The notes under the pieces were generated by a model. It saw nothing but the letters and a program-made list of their open reading frames with translations. It had not been told where the DNA came from and made no database searches. 64,000 nucleotides of DNA from Dehalococcoidia bacterium (GTDB taxonomy: Bacteria > Chloroflexota > Dehalococcoidia > GIF9 > AB-539-J10). Each line of letters opens with the position of its first letter. Positions within the stretch are counted from its first letter, which is position 1. The position numbers were made by a program, and so were the translations under genes. The DNA is taken from positions 64,001-128,000 of the forward strand of contig JAUWOR010000004.1 of assembly GCA_030612025.1 (NCBI GenBank), in the 5' to 3' direction. Below are positions 1 to 10,475 of this stretch, piece by piece.

Positions 1-847
1 ATTCGTGACCCAGGAGAATCTGAAGGGCCGCTGGATTAGCACCTTGCTCAGCTAAATAAGTAGCAAAACCATGCCTCAGGGAGTGTGCTGAGGTAGGGAC
101 GTTAATCTTTAATTTCTCTCGATATCTTTTAATCCTTTCCTGGAGGTAATTGGTGGAGATTCTCTTTCTGGGACTAGTTACGTTCCTGCCAGCATAGGGA
201 ATAAACAGGGCAGGGCAATTATCATGGCGTGTGCTCAGGTATATATCAAGATGCTGCCTAGCCCGTGGGGTTAGGTAAACAAACCTCTGCTTCCTGCCTT
301 TGCCGGTGATGAAAATACGCCCGCTACCATCAATCTGGCTGCGATTCAGGTTGCACAGCTCAGAGATACGCATTCCGGTGGCAAATAATACCTCTAGTAT
401 AGCTCGGTTTCTCAAAGCTATCTTGGGATTTGGTTCAAAGGAGGTTGGCGCTTCAATTAGCCTAACTAAATCGTTAAACTCAGCTACCTGAGGATGTTTT
501 TTGCCAGCTTTTGTCAGTTTAACTGCCTCAGGTGGTAGAGGACAGGGGTAATCCATGTCAATTAAGTAGCGGAGGTAAGCTCGGAGGGTTGACAACATGC
601 GATTTATGGAGCGTGGGCCAAGCTGCTTATTACCCCCATTGCTTAGACCCGCTGTCTTTCGATCCCGTGAAGTTAGATATGCTTTGTAATAAGTGATAGC
701 ACGCTTGTTTACTTTATCAAACTCGATATTGCTTTCATTTAGAAAGTGGTCAAAAACTTCCAGATCTCGCTCGTAGTTGTAAACTGTCTCTGGAGAATAA
801 TAGTTAGCCTGCAAGTTTAGCAGGAGGTCATCAGCGTGTGGTAACAT
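1..847 (-). CDS. Tyrosine recombinase (XerC/XerD-like), 3' end runs off the window; absent from the ORF track
   Basis: Manual translation from ATG at 847 (SD GAGGTG): MLPHADDLLLNLQANYYSPETVYNYERDL...RNRAILEVLFATGMRISEL...GKGRKQRFV...SAHSLRHGFATYLAEQGANPAALQILLGHE. The R, K, HxxR and LGH catalytic motifs are present. Confidence 0.93.
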   Translation of the reverse strand, partial: MLPHADDLLLNLQANYYSPETVYNYERDLEVFDHFLNESNIEFDKVNKRAITYYKAYLTSRDRKTAGLSNGGNKQLGPRSINRMLSTLRAYLRYLIDMDYPCPLPPEAVKLTKAGKKHPQVAEFNDLVRLIEAPTSFEPNPKIALRNRAILEVLFATGMRISELCNLNRSQIDGSGRIFITGKGRKQRFVYLTPRARQHLDIYLSTRHDNCPALFIPYAGRNVTSPRKRISTNYLQERIKRYREKLKINVPTSAHSLRHGFATYLAEQGANPAALQILLGHE

Positions 848-872
848 CTATTTCACCTCTTTGTAACTATCA

Positions 873-900
873 ATTGAGTGTAAGGAATATTATACTCAAT
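873..900. other. dif-like recombinase site, 11-6-11 inverted repeat
   Basis: ATTGAGTGTAA-GGAATA-TTATACTCAAT; arms match at 10 of 11 positions; about 25 bp upstream of the recombinase ATG. Confidence 0.7.
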
Positions 901-902
901 CA

Positions 903-931
903 AGTATACACACAAAATATTCTTCTGTCAA
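903..931 (-). promoter_or_regulatory. sigma70-type promoter of the recombinase gene
   Basis: TTGACA (931-926), 17 bp spacer, TATACT (908-903) on the minus strand. Confidence 0.7.
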
Positions 932-1025
932 GATAAACTTCACTCCCTCGATAAAGTGATATAATCTCAACATCTGATGATTCTAATAATATAGTGTGCT
1001 ATGGTAATAGTAACAAGGAAATAAG

Positions 1026-2759
1026 GTGCACGCGCTGAGATTGGGGATAGCTCAGATCAACCCTACTGTTGGTGATTTGAGCGGCAATACAAAGAAAATA
1101 ATACATTTCATTGGTAAGGCAAAGGCACTCAGCGTTGACTTGCTGACTTTTCCTGAATTAGCCATAACAGGTTATCCTCCCGAGGGTCTGCTACTCAAGC
1201 CACAGTTTATCCAGCGAAACCAAAACTGCCTGGAGGAAATAATAAAACACTCTTCAGACATAACAGTGGTAGTAGGTTTTGTTGATAGCAATAACGATAT
1301 ATACAACGCTGCGGCTATGATTTATGACCAAAAATTGGTGGGGGTTTACCATAAAAATTATCTGCCTAATTATGGCGTATTCAATGAAAATAGCTATTTC
1401 CAGGCTGGAACTGAGTGCCCTATTTTCATCATTTATAATACCGGCGTCGGTATAACCATTAGTGAAGATATGTGGTATGAAGCTGGACCGGCAATAGTGC
1501 AGGCTTATGCCGGGGCTAGATTATTAGTCAATATAAGCGCCTCGCCATATCATGCTGGGAAAAGAGACGCTAGAGAAAGGATGCTGGCTACTAGAGCAAC
1601 TGATAATGCAGCCATTGTTGCTTATAACAATTTAGTTGGTGGACAAGATGAGTTGGTATTTGATGGCAATAGCCTTATTATCAACGAGAAAGGAGAAGTC
1701 ATCGCTCGGGGGAAACAGTTTGGAGAAGAGCTAATAGTCACAGATTTGAATTTGGAATCAGTATTTCGCTCGCAGCTGCACGAGTCCCGGCGGAGGAAGG
1801 AACCCCCCTTAGTTAAAACAGCGCTGGGACAAGCTACTAAGATAGAGGTGTCAAGTAAATATCCGATGATTGCCAAACCATGGTTGCCATCAAGGCAAAT
1901 TGAACCACTAGACAAACTTGCCGAGATATATCAAGCACTTGTTCTTGGCACCGGAGATTATGTGCGCAAGAATGGTTTCAAGAAGGTAGTTATTGGCCTG
2001 TCTGGGGGAGTTGATTCAAGTCTAGTAGCTGCCATAGCAGTAGATGCCCTGGGAGCTGATAATGTTGTCGGTGTTTCCATGCCCTCGCGCTACTCATCGC
2101 CAGGTAGCAAATCAGACGCTGAATTACTGGCAAAGAACCTGGGAATAGAGCTTAAAATAATCACTATTGAGAAAGCCTTTAGTTCATATCTGGAAATGTT
2201 AGCCGCGCCCTTCAAAAATACCCAACCCGATGTGACTGAGGAGAACATCCAAGCGAGGATCAGGGGCAACATTCTCTTTGCTTTATCCAATAAGTTTGGC
2301 TGGCTGGTGCTTGCTTGCAGCAATAAAAGTGAGGCAGCTACAGGCTATACTACACTTTATGGTGATATGGCGGGAGGATTTAGTCCACTCAAGGATGTGC
2401 TTAAAACGATGGTTTTTGAATTGGCTAATTATAAGAATCGCCAGGCAAGAAAAAAGGTGATACCATCCAGTGTTTTAAGCAAAGCGCCATCGGCTGAGCT
2501 AGGACCGGACCAAAAAGATACAGATACTCTACCACCATATGAGTTATTAGATCCTATTTTAAAAGCATATGTAGAAGAAGACTTACCAATTGACCAAATC
2601 ATTGCCATGGGTTTTGACCCTGAAATAGTTGTGAGAACAGTGCGGTTAGTGGACAAGAACGAATACAAGCGCCGCCAGGCTGCCCCTGGCATAAAGATAA
2701 CCCCCAGGGACTTTGGTAAGGATAGAAGATTGCCTATTACCAATCGGTTCAGCGATTAA
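1026..2759 (+). CDS. nadE: Two-domain NAD+ synthetase (nitrilase-fold glutaminase domain + synthetase)
   Basis: AQINPTVGD, FPELAITGYPP, SGGVDS PP-loop, ENIQARIRG, NKSE, EYKRRQAAPG; the catalytic Cys motif reads ISED. Confidence 0.95.
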   Translation: MHALRLGIAQINPTVGDLSGNTKKIIHFIGKAKALSVDLLTFPELAITGYPPEGLLLKPQFIQRNQNCLEEIIKHSSDITVVVGFVDSNNDIYNAAAMIYDQKLVGVYHKNYLPNYGVFNENSYFQAGTECPIFIIYNTGVGITISEDMWYEAGPAIVQAYAGARLLVNISASPYHAGKRDARERMLATRATDNAAIVAYNNLVGGQDELVFDGNSLIINEKGEVIARGKQFGEELIVTDLNLESVFRSQLHESRRRKEPPLVKTALGQATKIEVSSKYPMIAKPWLPSRQIEPLDKLAEIYQALVLGTGDYVRKNGFKKVVIGLSGGVDSSLVAAIAVDALGADNVVGVSMPSRYSSPGSKSDAELLAKNLGIELKIITIEKAFSSYLEMLAAPFKNTQPDVTEENIQARIRGNILFALSNKFGWLVLACSNKSEAATGYTTLYGDMAGGFSPLKDVLKTMVFELANYKNRQARKKVIPSSVLSKAPSAELGPDQKDTDTLPPYELLDPILKAYVEEDLPIDQIIAMGFDPEIVVRTVRLVDKNEYKRRQAAPGIKITPRDFGKDRRLPITNRFSD

Positions 2760-2772
2760 ACAGTTTATAAGG

Positions 2773-2943
2773 AGGCTGTTTAAAAATGTAGTTGCCCAAT
2801 TTATTGGGCGACTGTGCCTGATAAATCAGGCAACTTTGGCCCTCCATTCATTAAGGCCTGATAAATCAGGCAACTACAAAATTTGGGGGTGAAACACCTC
2901 TGAGATGGCTGAAATTGAACGGGGAATCAAAATTAAACAGCCT
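2773..2943. mobile_element. MITE/REPIN-like element (GTAG-REP core, 11-bp terminal inverted repeats)
   Basis: AGGCTGTTTAA...TTAAACAGCCT termini; internal TGTAGTTGCCCAATTTATTGGGC...CCTGATAAATCAGGCAACTACA palindromes; related copies at 20589, 30706 and 50917. Confidence 0.8.
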
Positions 2944-2963
2944 GATAAGTTAAGGGAGGTGAA

Positions 2964-3188
2964 ATGCGAAAGATAGGTGGTATCTTGCTGGGAGTTGGCT
3001 CGGGAATTTTAGCGGGCTGGGGACTCTACCAGTTATTCGGCCGGGCTTTCCCGTCTTGGCCTTTACCGGTCAAGATTGCCGTCGCTGCTATAGCTATAGG
3101 ACTTATTATTCTCCTGGTATCGCTAGGTCGGGAAAGATACCGGGCATCAAAGGAGGAAAGAGGGAAATTCAAGGAGGTAGAAAAATGA
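2964..3188 (+). CDS. Small 2-TM membrane protein, coupled to YbjQ-family gene
   Basis: SD GGAGGTG, two hydrophobic helices, stop overlaps next ATG. Confidence 0.75.
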   Translation: MRKIGGILLGVGSGILAGWGLYQLFGRAFPSWPLPVKIAVAAIAIGLIILLVSLGRERYRASKEERGKFKEVEK

Positions 3189-3499
3189 TTGTGGTTACTA
3201 TAGAACAGATAGAGGGTAAAAGAATAACAGAAACTCTGGGTCTGGTTAGAGGCAGCACTATCAGAGCCAGACATGTAGGGCGTGATATCATGGCCAGCTT
3301 ACGAAACATCGTCGGTGGCGAAGTCAAAGATTATACTGTAATGCTGGCGCAAGCTCGAGAGGAAGCACTAGAGAGAATGATTGAGCAAGCCGAGAAGATG
3401 GGAGCCAACGCCATTGTAGGCACCAGGTTCGTAACTTCAATGGTAATGTCCGGGGCTGCTGAAATGGTAGCTTATGGGACAGCGGTAAAAGTAACCTGA
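3185..3499 (+). CDS. YbjQ/UPF0145 family protein
   Basis: MIVVTIEQIEGKRITETLGLVRG...IVGGE...AREEALERM...GANAIVG...AYGTAV; start reassigned to ATG 3185. Confidence 0.9.
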   Translation: MIVVTIEQIEGKRITETLGLVRGSTIRARHVGRDIMASLRNIVGGEVKDYTVMLAQAREEALERMIEQAEKMGANAIVGTRFVTSMVMSGAAEMVAYGTAVKVT

Positions 3500-3522
3500 G
3501 AGTTACTGCTAGCAGTTTTAGT

Positions 3523-3756
3523 CTAGCCTTTTAGCCTGGTATTGCTTGTTATGTTGATTTGTATGGTTTGACCACATTTGGGGCAGGTAACTTCCATAGT
3601 CAGAGGCCTTTCCATCACCCTTTCCACAAGAGATGTAATTACTGAGTCCATGTTATCCAGTCTTCCATCCAGCATATCGAGGCGTCTGCTTACTTGCTCT
3701 ATGGCCAGCTCGGGGGTAACTTCAGCAAGCGGGTCACTTTTGTCCCTTAAAGCCAA
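3523..3756 (-). CDS. Hypothetical coiled-coil protein with CxxC (CPKC)
   Basis: ORF with AGGAG SD before TTG 3756; directly follows the upstream gene. Confidence 0.65.
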   Translation of the reverse strand: MALRDKSDPLAEVTPELAIEQVSRRLDMLDGRLDNMDSVITSLVERVMERPLTMEVTCPKCGQTIQINITSNTRLKG

Positions 3757-3757
3757 T

Positions 3758-4078
3758 TTATAAACTCCTCTCAACTACGCCCAGAGACTCCAGCTCAGCC
3801 TTATCTTTTTGTATTAGCTTATCTATTTCACTAGAGACGGTGTGCTCCAAATACTTCCGAAAGGCTTCCCTTGCTGCCGGTGATGACCGCACTGCCTCCT
3901 TAGCTTTCTGCCATTCATCACTGATCACCTCGCTAATTTGCTCAGGACTTATAGGCTCTTTCTCCTGCCATATGCTCTCAATTCTATTCAAGGCTTTGGT
4001 TGTTATAGCTCTCTTCAAGCGATCAAAAGAAAATACCTCCTCCCAACTATATGGCTGTTCTGCTTTTCTCTCCACCAT
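3758..4078 (-). CDS. Hypothetical helical protein
   Basis: SD GGAGG, 106 aa ORF. Confidence 0.7.
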   Translation of the reverse strand: MVERKAEQPYSWEEVFSFDRLKRAITTKALNRIESIWQEKEPISPEQISEVISDEWQKAKEAVRSSPAAREAFRKYLEHTVSSEIDKLIQKDKAELESLGVVERSL

Positions 4079-4219
4079 GACTTATTACCTCCAATCAGCT
4101 TTGTTTGATATTACTATCATAGGTTTAACCACATGACCTGTCAAGATATACTTGGCTAATATGTATTGATTTATAATCATAAGTAGTATACATTATTTAG
4201 AGGAAGGAGGTATTTTAAC

Positions 4220-4474
4220 ATGCCAGAAGTAGTAATTGGCAAGGTGACCGATTTTTTTGCCAGGCCGGGGGTAGCTGGTGTGGAGCTAAGCGGTACATTA
4301 AAGATGGGTGACAAAATCCACATCAAGGGCGCCACTACAGATATGGAACTTGCTGTAGAATCCATGCAAATCGATCGCGTTGACATCACCGAGGGCAAGC
4401 TTGGCGACCTTGTCGGCATAAAGGTTCCTGAAAGGGTAAGGCGGGGAGACATAGTTTATAAGGTCACGGAATAG
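4220..4474 (+). CDS. Small EF-Tu domain 2-like beta-barrel protein
   Basis: [18 protein letters not shown]...GDKIHIKG...VESMQID...VGIKV..VRRGD. Confidence 0.8.
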   Translation: MPEVVIGKVTDFFARPGVAGVELSGTLKMGDKIHIKGATTDMELAVESMQIDRVDITEGKLGDLVGIKVPERVRRGDIVYKVTE

Positions 4475-4955
4475 ATTGCTTCGTTTCACTCGCAATGACA
4501 CGGAGCAAATTTGCCATTTCAATAGCGCTCACCGCGGCAAGAAAGCCTTTGTTGCCTTCTTTAGCTCCAGCTCTCTGAACAGCTTGTTCCAGAGTATCAG
4601 CAGTAATAATGCCTTGTATTATTGGCAATCCGGTGTCTAGGCTTATTCTACCGATTCCTCTGTGTACCTCGGAAGCTATATATTGGAAATGCGGTGTGCC
4701 ACCGCGAATCACGGCACCGAGGCATATAACAGCGTTATATTTACCACTTTGCGCTAGCCTCTTAGCTATCAGCGGAATTTCAAAACAGCCTGGTGTCCAG
4801 GTAACGTCAATATCCTTCTCATCAACGCCATGGCGTAACAAAGCATCTCTTGCTCCTTCGAGCAACCTATTGGTTATCAACTCGTTAAATCGGGAAACAA
4901 CTACAGCAAATTTAAAACCTTTCCCTACTAATATTCCTTCGTAGTGCTTAGCCAT
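4464..4955 (-). CDS. ribH: 6,7-dimethyl-8-ribityllumazine synthase
   Basis: [24 protein letters not shown]; C-terminal VIASETKQS derives from a repeat. Confidence 0.95.
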   Translation of the reverse strand: MAKHYEGILVGKGFKFAVVVSRFNELITNRLLEGARDALLRHGVDEKDIDVTWTPGCFEIPLIAKRLAQSGKYNAVICLGAVIRGGTPHFQYIASEVHRGIGRISLDTGLPIIQGIITADTLEQAVQRAGAKEGNKGFLAAVSAIEMANLLRVIASETKQSIP

Positions 4956-6163
4956 TAGTTAACCTCCTCTACACCTAAAAGGTGTCCTAGCTTTTTTTGT
5001 TTGGTTTCTAGATAGTGAATATTATAAGGGTTGGGTGAAGCTATTAATGGCACAGTCTCCACTATCTTAAGTCCATAGCTCTCCAGTCCAACTACCTTTT
5101 TAGGGTTGTTGGTAAGTAATCGAATATTATGTAAACCTAAATCAGCCAAAATCTGAGCCCCAACTCCATAATCTCTCAAATCAGGTGGAAAGCCTAAAGC
5201 TACATTAGCTTCCACAGTATCCATTCCTTGGTCTTGAAGAGCATAGGCGCGGAGCTTATTATGGAGTCCGATTCCCCTTCCTTCTTGTCGCATATAAAGA
5301 AAAACTCCTCTGCCTTCTTCAGTTATGCTTCGCATCGCCAGCCTGACTTGATCACTGCAATCACATCTCAAACTGCCAAAGACGTCTCCGGTGAGGCATT
5401 CACTATGGACACGCACCAATACTGGCTCATCTCCTGATATGTCGCCTTTAACCAAGACAACATGTTCAGCGGCATCAACATTGCTTCTGTAAGCCAGGGC
5501 TATAAATTCGCCGAACCTGGTAGGCAGCTTAGCCTCAGCTACTTTTTGCACTAACTTTTCATGACGAAGGCGGTAGGCAATTAAACCTGCAATAGTTATA
5601 ATCTTCAAATCATGCTTAGAGGCCATAATCTCAAGCTCAGGTAAATGTGCCATAGTACCATCTTCATTCATAATCTCACATATGACGCCAGCGGGGTAAA
5701 GTCCGGCCAACCTAGCTAAATCAACAATAGCTTCAGTATGACCTGCTCGCACTAGCACTCCTCCATCCCTGGCTCGAATGGGAAATACATGTCCCGGGCG
5801 GACTAAATCATCTGGCTTACTATTAGGATCGAGCACTGTTTTTATGGTGTGGGCTCGATCAAAGGCAGAAATCCCAGTAGTTACTTTGTTCTTCGCCTCA
5901 ATAGATACTGTAAAGGCGGTAGAATGCATCGAGGTATTATCCTGAACCATTAACGGTATTCCCAATTCATCAAGTCTCTGCTTGGTGATAGGAAAGCAAA
6001 TTAAGCCTCGAGCCTCCTTGGCCATAAAATTTATAGCCTCGGGAGTAACGTTCTCTGCTGCTATCGCCAGGTCACCTTCATTTTCGCGGTTCTCATCATC
6101 AATGATGATGATAAACTTGCCTGCTCTTATATCTTCAAGCGCCTTTGGTATAGTAGCTAACAT
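4955..6163 (-). CDS. ribBA: Bifunctional DHBP synthase / GTP cyclohydrolase II
   Basis: [50 protein letters not shown]. Confidence 0.96.
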   Translation of the reverse strand: MLATIPKALEDIRAGKFIIIIDDENRENEGDLAIAAENVTPEAINFMAKEARGLICFPITKQRLDELGIPLMVQDNTSMHSTAFTVSIEAKNKVTTGISAFDRAHTIKTVLDPNSKPDDLVRPGHVFPIRARDGGVLVRAGHTEAIVDLARLAGLYPAGVICEIMNEDGTMAHLPELEIMASKHDLKIITIAGLIAYRLRHEKLVQKVAEAKLPTRFGEFIALAYRSNVDAAEHVVLVKGDISGDEPVLVRVHSECLTGDVFGSLRCDCSDQVRLAMRSITEEGRGVFLYMRQEGRGIGLHNKLRAYALQDQGMDTVEANVALGFPPDLRDYGVGAQILADLGLHNIRLLTNNPKKVVGLESYGLKIVETVPLIASPNPYNIHYLETKQKKLGHLLGVEEVN

Positions 6164-6185
6164 TATTTGAGTTCCTTCACTTCGC

Positions 6186-6824
6186 TCAGGACAAGCCTTT
6201 TATCACAAACCCATATTCCTCTAAAAAGTCGGTAGTTAAACCTCGACTGCTTTGTTCCTTCAGCCGTTCTACATATTTAGCTATGATATCCGCCTCTAAA
6301 TTAACTTTATCGCCAGGTCTCTTATTACCTAAAGTGGTATGTTCCATAGTATAAGCTACTAGAGATATAGTAAAGGAAAGGTCATCAAGGCCAGCAATGG
6401 TAAGGCTAACGCCATCGACAGCGATAAAGCCTTTATTAGCGATATAAGGCATTAGTTTGGCCGGGGGTGAAATCCTCATAATGCGTGCCGCTTCCTCGGG
6501 AGTTATCGAAATTACTTCCCCTGTGTCATCAACGTGACCCAATACTAAATGACCACCAAGCCGTCCACCTACTACAAGTGCTCTTTCCAAATTTACCTGG
6601 TCGCCGTAATGAAGTTCGCCAAGATTGGTGTGACGCAATGTCTCTGGCATGACATCAACGTTGAAGGCATTACTGCTTAAAGAGGTGACTGTCAGGCAGA
6701 CTCCATTAACAGCTATGCTGTCGCTTATTCTCATCCCTTCAAGCACCCTTTTGGCTCCAATGACTAAACAGTGTGGATTCGCTTCCTTGACTATGCCAAT
6801 TTCCTCAACTATCCCGGTAAACAT
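6186..6824 (-). CDS. ribE: Riboflavin synthase
   Basis: MFTGIVE start, [17 protein letters not shown]. Confidence 0.96.
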   Translation of the reverse strand: MFTGIVEEIGIVKEANPHCLVIGAKRVLEGMRISDSIAVNGVCLTVTSLSSNAFNVDVMPETLRHTNLGELHYGDQVNLERALVVGGRLGGHLVLGHVDDTGEVISITPEEAARIMRISPPAKLMPYIANKGFIAVDGVSLTIAGLDDLSFTISLVAYTMEHTTLGNKRPGDKVNLEADIIAKYVERLKEQSSRGLTTDFLEEYGFVIKGLS

Positions 6825-6843
6825 ACTGCTGCTCTATAAAAAT

Positions 6844-7965
6844 TTACGATTTTTTCCGTGGTTCCCTTTTCACACACCCGCTGACTAGTATGTTATCGCC
6901 GAAGTTCTTAATATTAACCCGCTCAAGGCATAAAGCTTCAACCACACTACCAACTCCATCCCCACCTACTGCAGTCTTAGCCTCATTACCACCAATGATA
7001 ATCGGCGAAATGAAAGCTAGTACTTTATCCACTAGCCTATGGTCAAAGAGAGAGCCCAGGAGCTTGCCTCCTCCTTCTACTAAAACAGTGACTATGCCTC
7101 GTCTTCCCAGCACTTTGAATAATTCTTCCAAATCTACTAGTCCTCCCACCCCTGGTAATTCCAGCACCGCAACTCCAATTTGGGCCAGTCTTCTTTTCTT
7201 TTCCCTATCAAAAGGTTTAACTGTGGCAAGTAAAGTCTTTCCTGGTTGCTTAAAAAGCTGAGCATCCAATGGTGTTCTTCCGTTGCTATCAACAATTAGA
7301 CGCAGCGGTTGCTTTTTTGTCTCACCACCTTTGCCACAACAACCTCTAGCAGTAAGCCTGGGGTTATCAATGATGACAGTGTTCACCCCCACCATTATAG
7401 CGTCGGCAATATGACGCAAAGTATGTATATGATTCCTTGCCGCCTCATTACTTATCCACTTAGAGTGACCAGTTTTAGTAGCGATCTTGCCATCAAGACT
7501 CATAGCAAACTTAGCGATAACAAATGGCAGGCCTGTAGTAATAAACTTAATGTAAGCCTCATTTATTTCGTAAGCTTCCTCTTGGTACATGCCGACGTAA
7601 GTTTTAATGCCGGCTTCTTCTAGCTCTCTAACGCCACACCCTGAAACTAATGGGTTAGGGTCAAGCAATGCTATTTGGACTTCAGAGATGCCAGCATTAA
7701 TTATGGCTTGCGTGCAGGGTGGAGTGCGTCCATAATGACAGCAAGGCTCCAAAGTAACATACATAGTGGCCCCTTTTGCCTTATCACCGGCTTGCCGAAG
7801 TGCTATCACTTCGGCATGGTCTAAGCCAGCGGGCTGTGTATATCCCCGCCCCACAACGACCCCTTCTTTGACAACCACAGCTCCCACTGCCGGATTGGGG
7901 CTGGTATGTCCCAGAGCTAATCTAGCTAAAGATAGAGCGCGCTCTATGTATTCTGCAGATAACAT
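6844..7965 (-). CDS. ribD: Bifunctional diaminohydroxyphosphoribosylaminopyrimidine deaminase / reductase
   Basis: PNPAVG, HAE, TLEPCCHYGRTPPC, SLDGKIA, VEGG. Confidence 0.96.
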   Translation of the reverse strand: MLSAEYIERALSLARLALGHTSPNPAVGAVVVKEGVVVGRGYTQPAGLDHAEVIALRQAGDKAKGATMYVTLEPCCHYGRTPPCTQAIINAGISEVQIALLDPNPLVSGCGVRELEEAGIKTYVGMYQEEAYEINEAYIKFITTGLPFVIAKFAMSLDGKIATKTGHSKWISNEAARNHIHTLRHIADAIMVGVNTVIIDNPRLTARGCCGKGGETKKQPLRLIVDSNGRTPLDAQLFKQPGKTLLATVKPFDREKKRRLAQIGVAVLELPGVGGLVDLEELFKVLGRRGIVTVLVEGGGKLLGSLFDHRLVDKVLAFISPIIIGGNEAKTAVGGDGVGSVVEALCLERVNIKNFGDNILVSGCVKREPRKKS

Positions 7966-7972
7966 TAGCTAT

Positions 7973-8548
7973 CTAGCGCTCCTTGGTAAAATCCTTATAA
8001 TATCTAGTGGCGGTGGGGCCACTTTGCCCCTGATATTTACTTCCTAAACTAGGTGAACCATAAACCCTTTCTACCGAGGAAGTCAAGCGAAGGAAAGAAA
8101 TTTGTCCAATCGGCATCTTATAATAAAGGGTTACTGGCAACTTGGCTACATTGGATAACTCCAGTGTAAGATGTCCCTGCCAGCCGGGATCAACATAGCC
8201 AGCAGTAGAATGGATTAAAAGCCCTATCCTGCCCAGGGAACTCTTGCCCTCAAGCCGAGCCACAATATCGTCAGGTAAGGTAATCGATTCCAGTGTGCTA
8301 GCTAAAACGAATTCCCCAGCATTTAGCAGAAATGGCTTAGTTTCATCGATCTCCACTGGCTCAGATAAGTCATCTATATTCTGCTTGACATCAATATAAA
8401 AGGGATGGCGCCAGGTCTTAAACACAAGAAGCTTATTATCTAAATGAATGTCAACGCTCGCTGGTTGAATACAGGTAAGGTCGAGAGGCTCAATAACTAT
8501 CCTGCCCTTAGCAATCTCTTCTTTGATTGTACGATCGCTAAGCACCAT
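7973..8548 (-). CDS. dcd: dCTP deaminase
   Basis: MVLSDRTI, QPASVD, EGKSSLGRIGL, TAGYVDPGW, KYQGQ; start reassigned to 8548. Confidence 0.93.
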   Translation of the reverse strand: MVLSDRTIKEEIAKGRIVIEPLDLTCIQPASVDIHLDNKLLVFKTWRHPFYIDVKQNIDDLSEPVEIDETKPFLLNAGEFVLASTLESITLPDDIVARLEGKSSLGRIGLLIHSTAGYVDPGWQGHLTLELSNVAKLPVTLYYKMPIGQISFLRLTSSVERVYGSPSLGSKYQGQSGPTATRYYKDFTKER

Positions 8549-8796
8549 GTCTTTGGCATTGTAGCATTTAGCCTCGACAAAGTGCAAAAACGGGCTTTGT
8601 GGATTATCTAGCGCCCTCGTTCTTGCCATTCTGAGCCTACTATGTCATTGAAAGTCCCTCGCTCCCTATCATTCTGAGCAATGTCATTCTGAACGGAGTG
8701 GAGAACCCAGGCGAAGATTCTCTTGACCTCTTCCTGCCCGCGGTACTGTTTATCATAATGCCAAGAATAAGTGAAACTGGTAAAATCAACCATGCC

Positions 8797-10371
8797 ATGA
8801 CCATTAGCATTACTGTTTATGGTGGTGCAGGGGTAATAGGCGGAAACAAAATTTTCGTCGAGGCGGACAATACCACAATATCTTTTGATTTCGGTATTAA
8901 TTATGCTCTTTGGTCTCAATACTTTGAGGAATATCTCAAACCTCGTGCTAGTAGAGGTCTAGCAGACCTATTTGAAATCGGACTTCTTCCCCCTTTGAGG
9001 GGTATCTATCGAAGCGAGCTCGAACCATCCTGTGACGATATCTGGTCAAGGCTGCACTCTGAGATAAGGGATGTTCACCTGGACGCTGTCCTCCTCTCCC
9101 ATGCCCATCTAGACCATAGTGGTCATATATCTTTTCTAAACCCTGACATCCCTATTGTGTGCAGCGCTACCACAGCTTTTCTTGCCAAAGCAATCCAGGA
9201 CTCAAGCCGAGGAGATTTTGAGAAGGAAGTGTGCTATGCCATGCCTCGTGAGGATCAAGAGCGCCTACTTGTTCCTTGTGATTGGCGAAGATATGCCTCA
9301 CTTCAAAGGCAATTCTGTTTCCCCGATGCCGCGTTGTTATCCTCACAAGCACAGACTTTTTGGCGCAAGCCAATTGGAGCCAGAAAATTGAATTGTAAAC
9401 AGCCAAAAGTTGTTACCCAGGTTGGTAATCTCGAAGTGAGGTGCTTCCCCGTTGACCACTCCATTTATGGGGCAACAGCTTTTGCCCTTGAGACAAGCCA
9501 GGGATGGGTGATTTATACGGGAGACTTACGTTTGCATGGCAAGATGGGTTACAAGACCAAGGAATTCGCTAATGAGGTGGCAAAGCTTCAGCCTATTGTG
9601 CTCCTGTGCGAAGGAACTAACATTGGCGAAGAAGGCAATGCAGTGACTGAGGAGGAGGTCCTTCAAAATGCCTTTCAAAAGATTGAGGAAGCTGAGGGTA
9701 AGTTAGTGATTGCCGACTTTGGCCCCAGAAATCTGGAGAGGCTGTTGACATTCAGGGAGATTGCCGCCAGCCATGGACGAAAACTCGCCATTCTGCCCAA
9801 AGACGCCTATCTCTTACAGTCCTTACATCTTGTAATGCCTGAAATGCCTGATCCTATTGCGGATAACACCTTGGTCGTATATGAGGAGGTTAAAAATGTT
9901 CTTAATTGGGAGAGGGAGTTGCTCAAGCGCTACGGAGATAAAGGTAAAACAGTTCAACCCGAGGATATCAGGTGTGACGAAGGAGCTTATATTCTCTGTC
10001 TCAGCTTCTGGGATATCAATGAGCTGATTGATATCAGGCTAAGTAAAGGCGGATTATATATTTACTCCTCCAGCGAGGCTTTCAACGAAGAACAGCGTAT
10101 TGACATGAGAAGGTTAAGACAATGGATTGACCATTTCGGACTTTTGCCTGCCGGAGTCCCTGATGCCCAAACAGGCAAAGTAGCTGAAGCTGAGAGAGGC
10201 CTTCATAGCTCCGGACATGCTTCGGCTCCCGAGTTGCTGGAAATTATCGAGACAATCAACCCCAGGATAGTCATTCCAATACATACTGAGGCCCCCGAGC
10301 TTTTTGCCGATAAGGTTGGTGCTCAGAGGCAAGTTGTTATACCCAAGGTAGGCGCCTCGATTAAGGTGTAA
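8797..10371 (+). CDS. Metallo-beta-lactamase/beta-CASP nuclease (RNase J-like)
   Basis: GGAGVIGGNK, HAHLDH, VDHS, YTGD, EGT, SSGH, IPIHTE; start reassigned to 8797. Confidence 0.85.
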   Translation: MTISITVYGGAGVIGGNKIFVEADNTTISFDFGINYALWSQYFEEYLKPRASRGLADLFEIGLLPPLRGIYRSELEPSCDDIWSRLHSEIRDVHLDAVLLSHAHLDHSGHISFLNPDIPIVCSATTAFLAKAIQDSSRGDFEKEVCYAMPREDQERLLVPCDWRRYASLQRQFCFPDAALLSSQAQTFWRKPIGARKLNCKQPKVVTQVGNLEVRCFPVDHSIYGATAFALETSQGWVIYTGDLRLHGKMGYKTKEFANEVAKLQPIVLLCEGTNIGEEGNAVTEEEVLQNAFQKIEEAEGKLVIADFGPRNLERLLTFREIAASHGRKLAILPKDAYLLQSLHLVMPEMPDPIADNTLVVYEEVKNVLNWERELLKRYGDKGKTVQPEDIRCDEGAYILCLSFWDINELIDIRLSKGGLYIYSSSEAFNEEQRIDMRRLRQWIDHFGLLPAGVPDAQTGKVAEAERGLHSSGHASAPELLEIIETINPRIVIPIHTEAPELFADKVGAQRQVVIPKVGASIKV

Positions 10372-10475
10372 GCTTAAACCAGATTGTTTAACTATCACTC
10401 TTGAACTTGTTTTAAACTGTCCCCTGATTTTATTTCTGTCACCCTGAGCGCCAGCGAAGGGTCTCTAGCAAATTT

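Noticed and set aside
300-491. Plus-strand 63-aa ORF and the many other short antisense ORFs in the track (e.g. 59212-59895)
   Set aside because: Shadows of well-supported genes on the opposite strand or in another frame.
7960-8700. FMN riboswitch for the rib operon
   Set aside because: ribD follows dcd within a few bases, and the region upstream of dcd holds family A repeats rather than RFN motifs.
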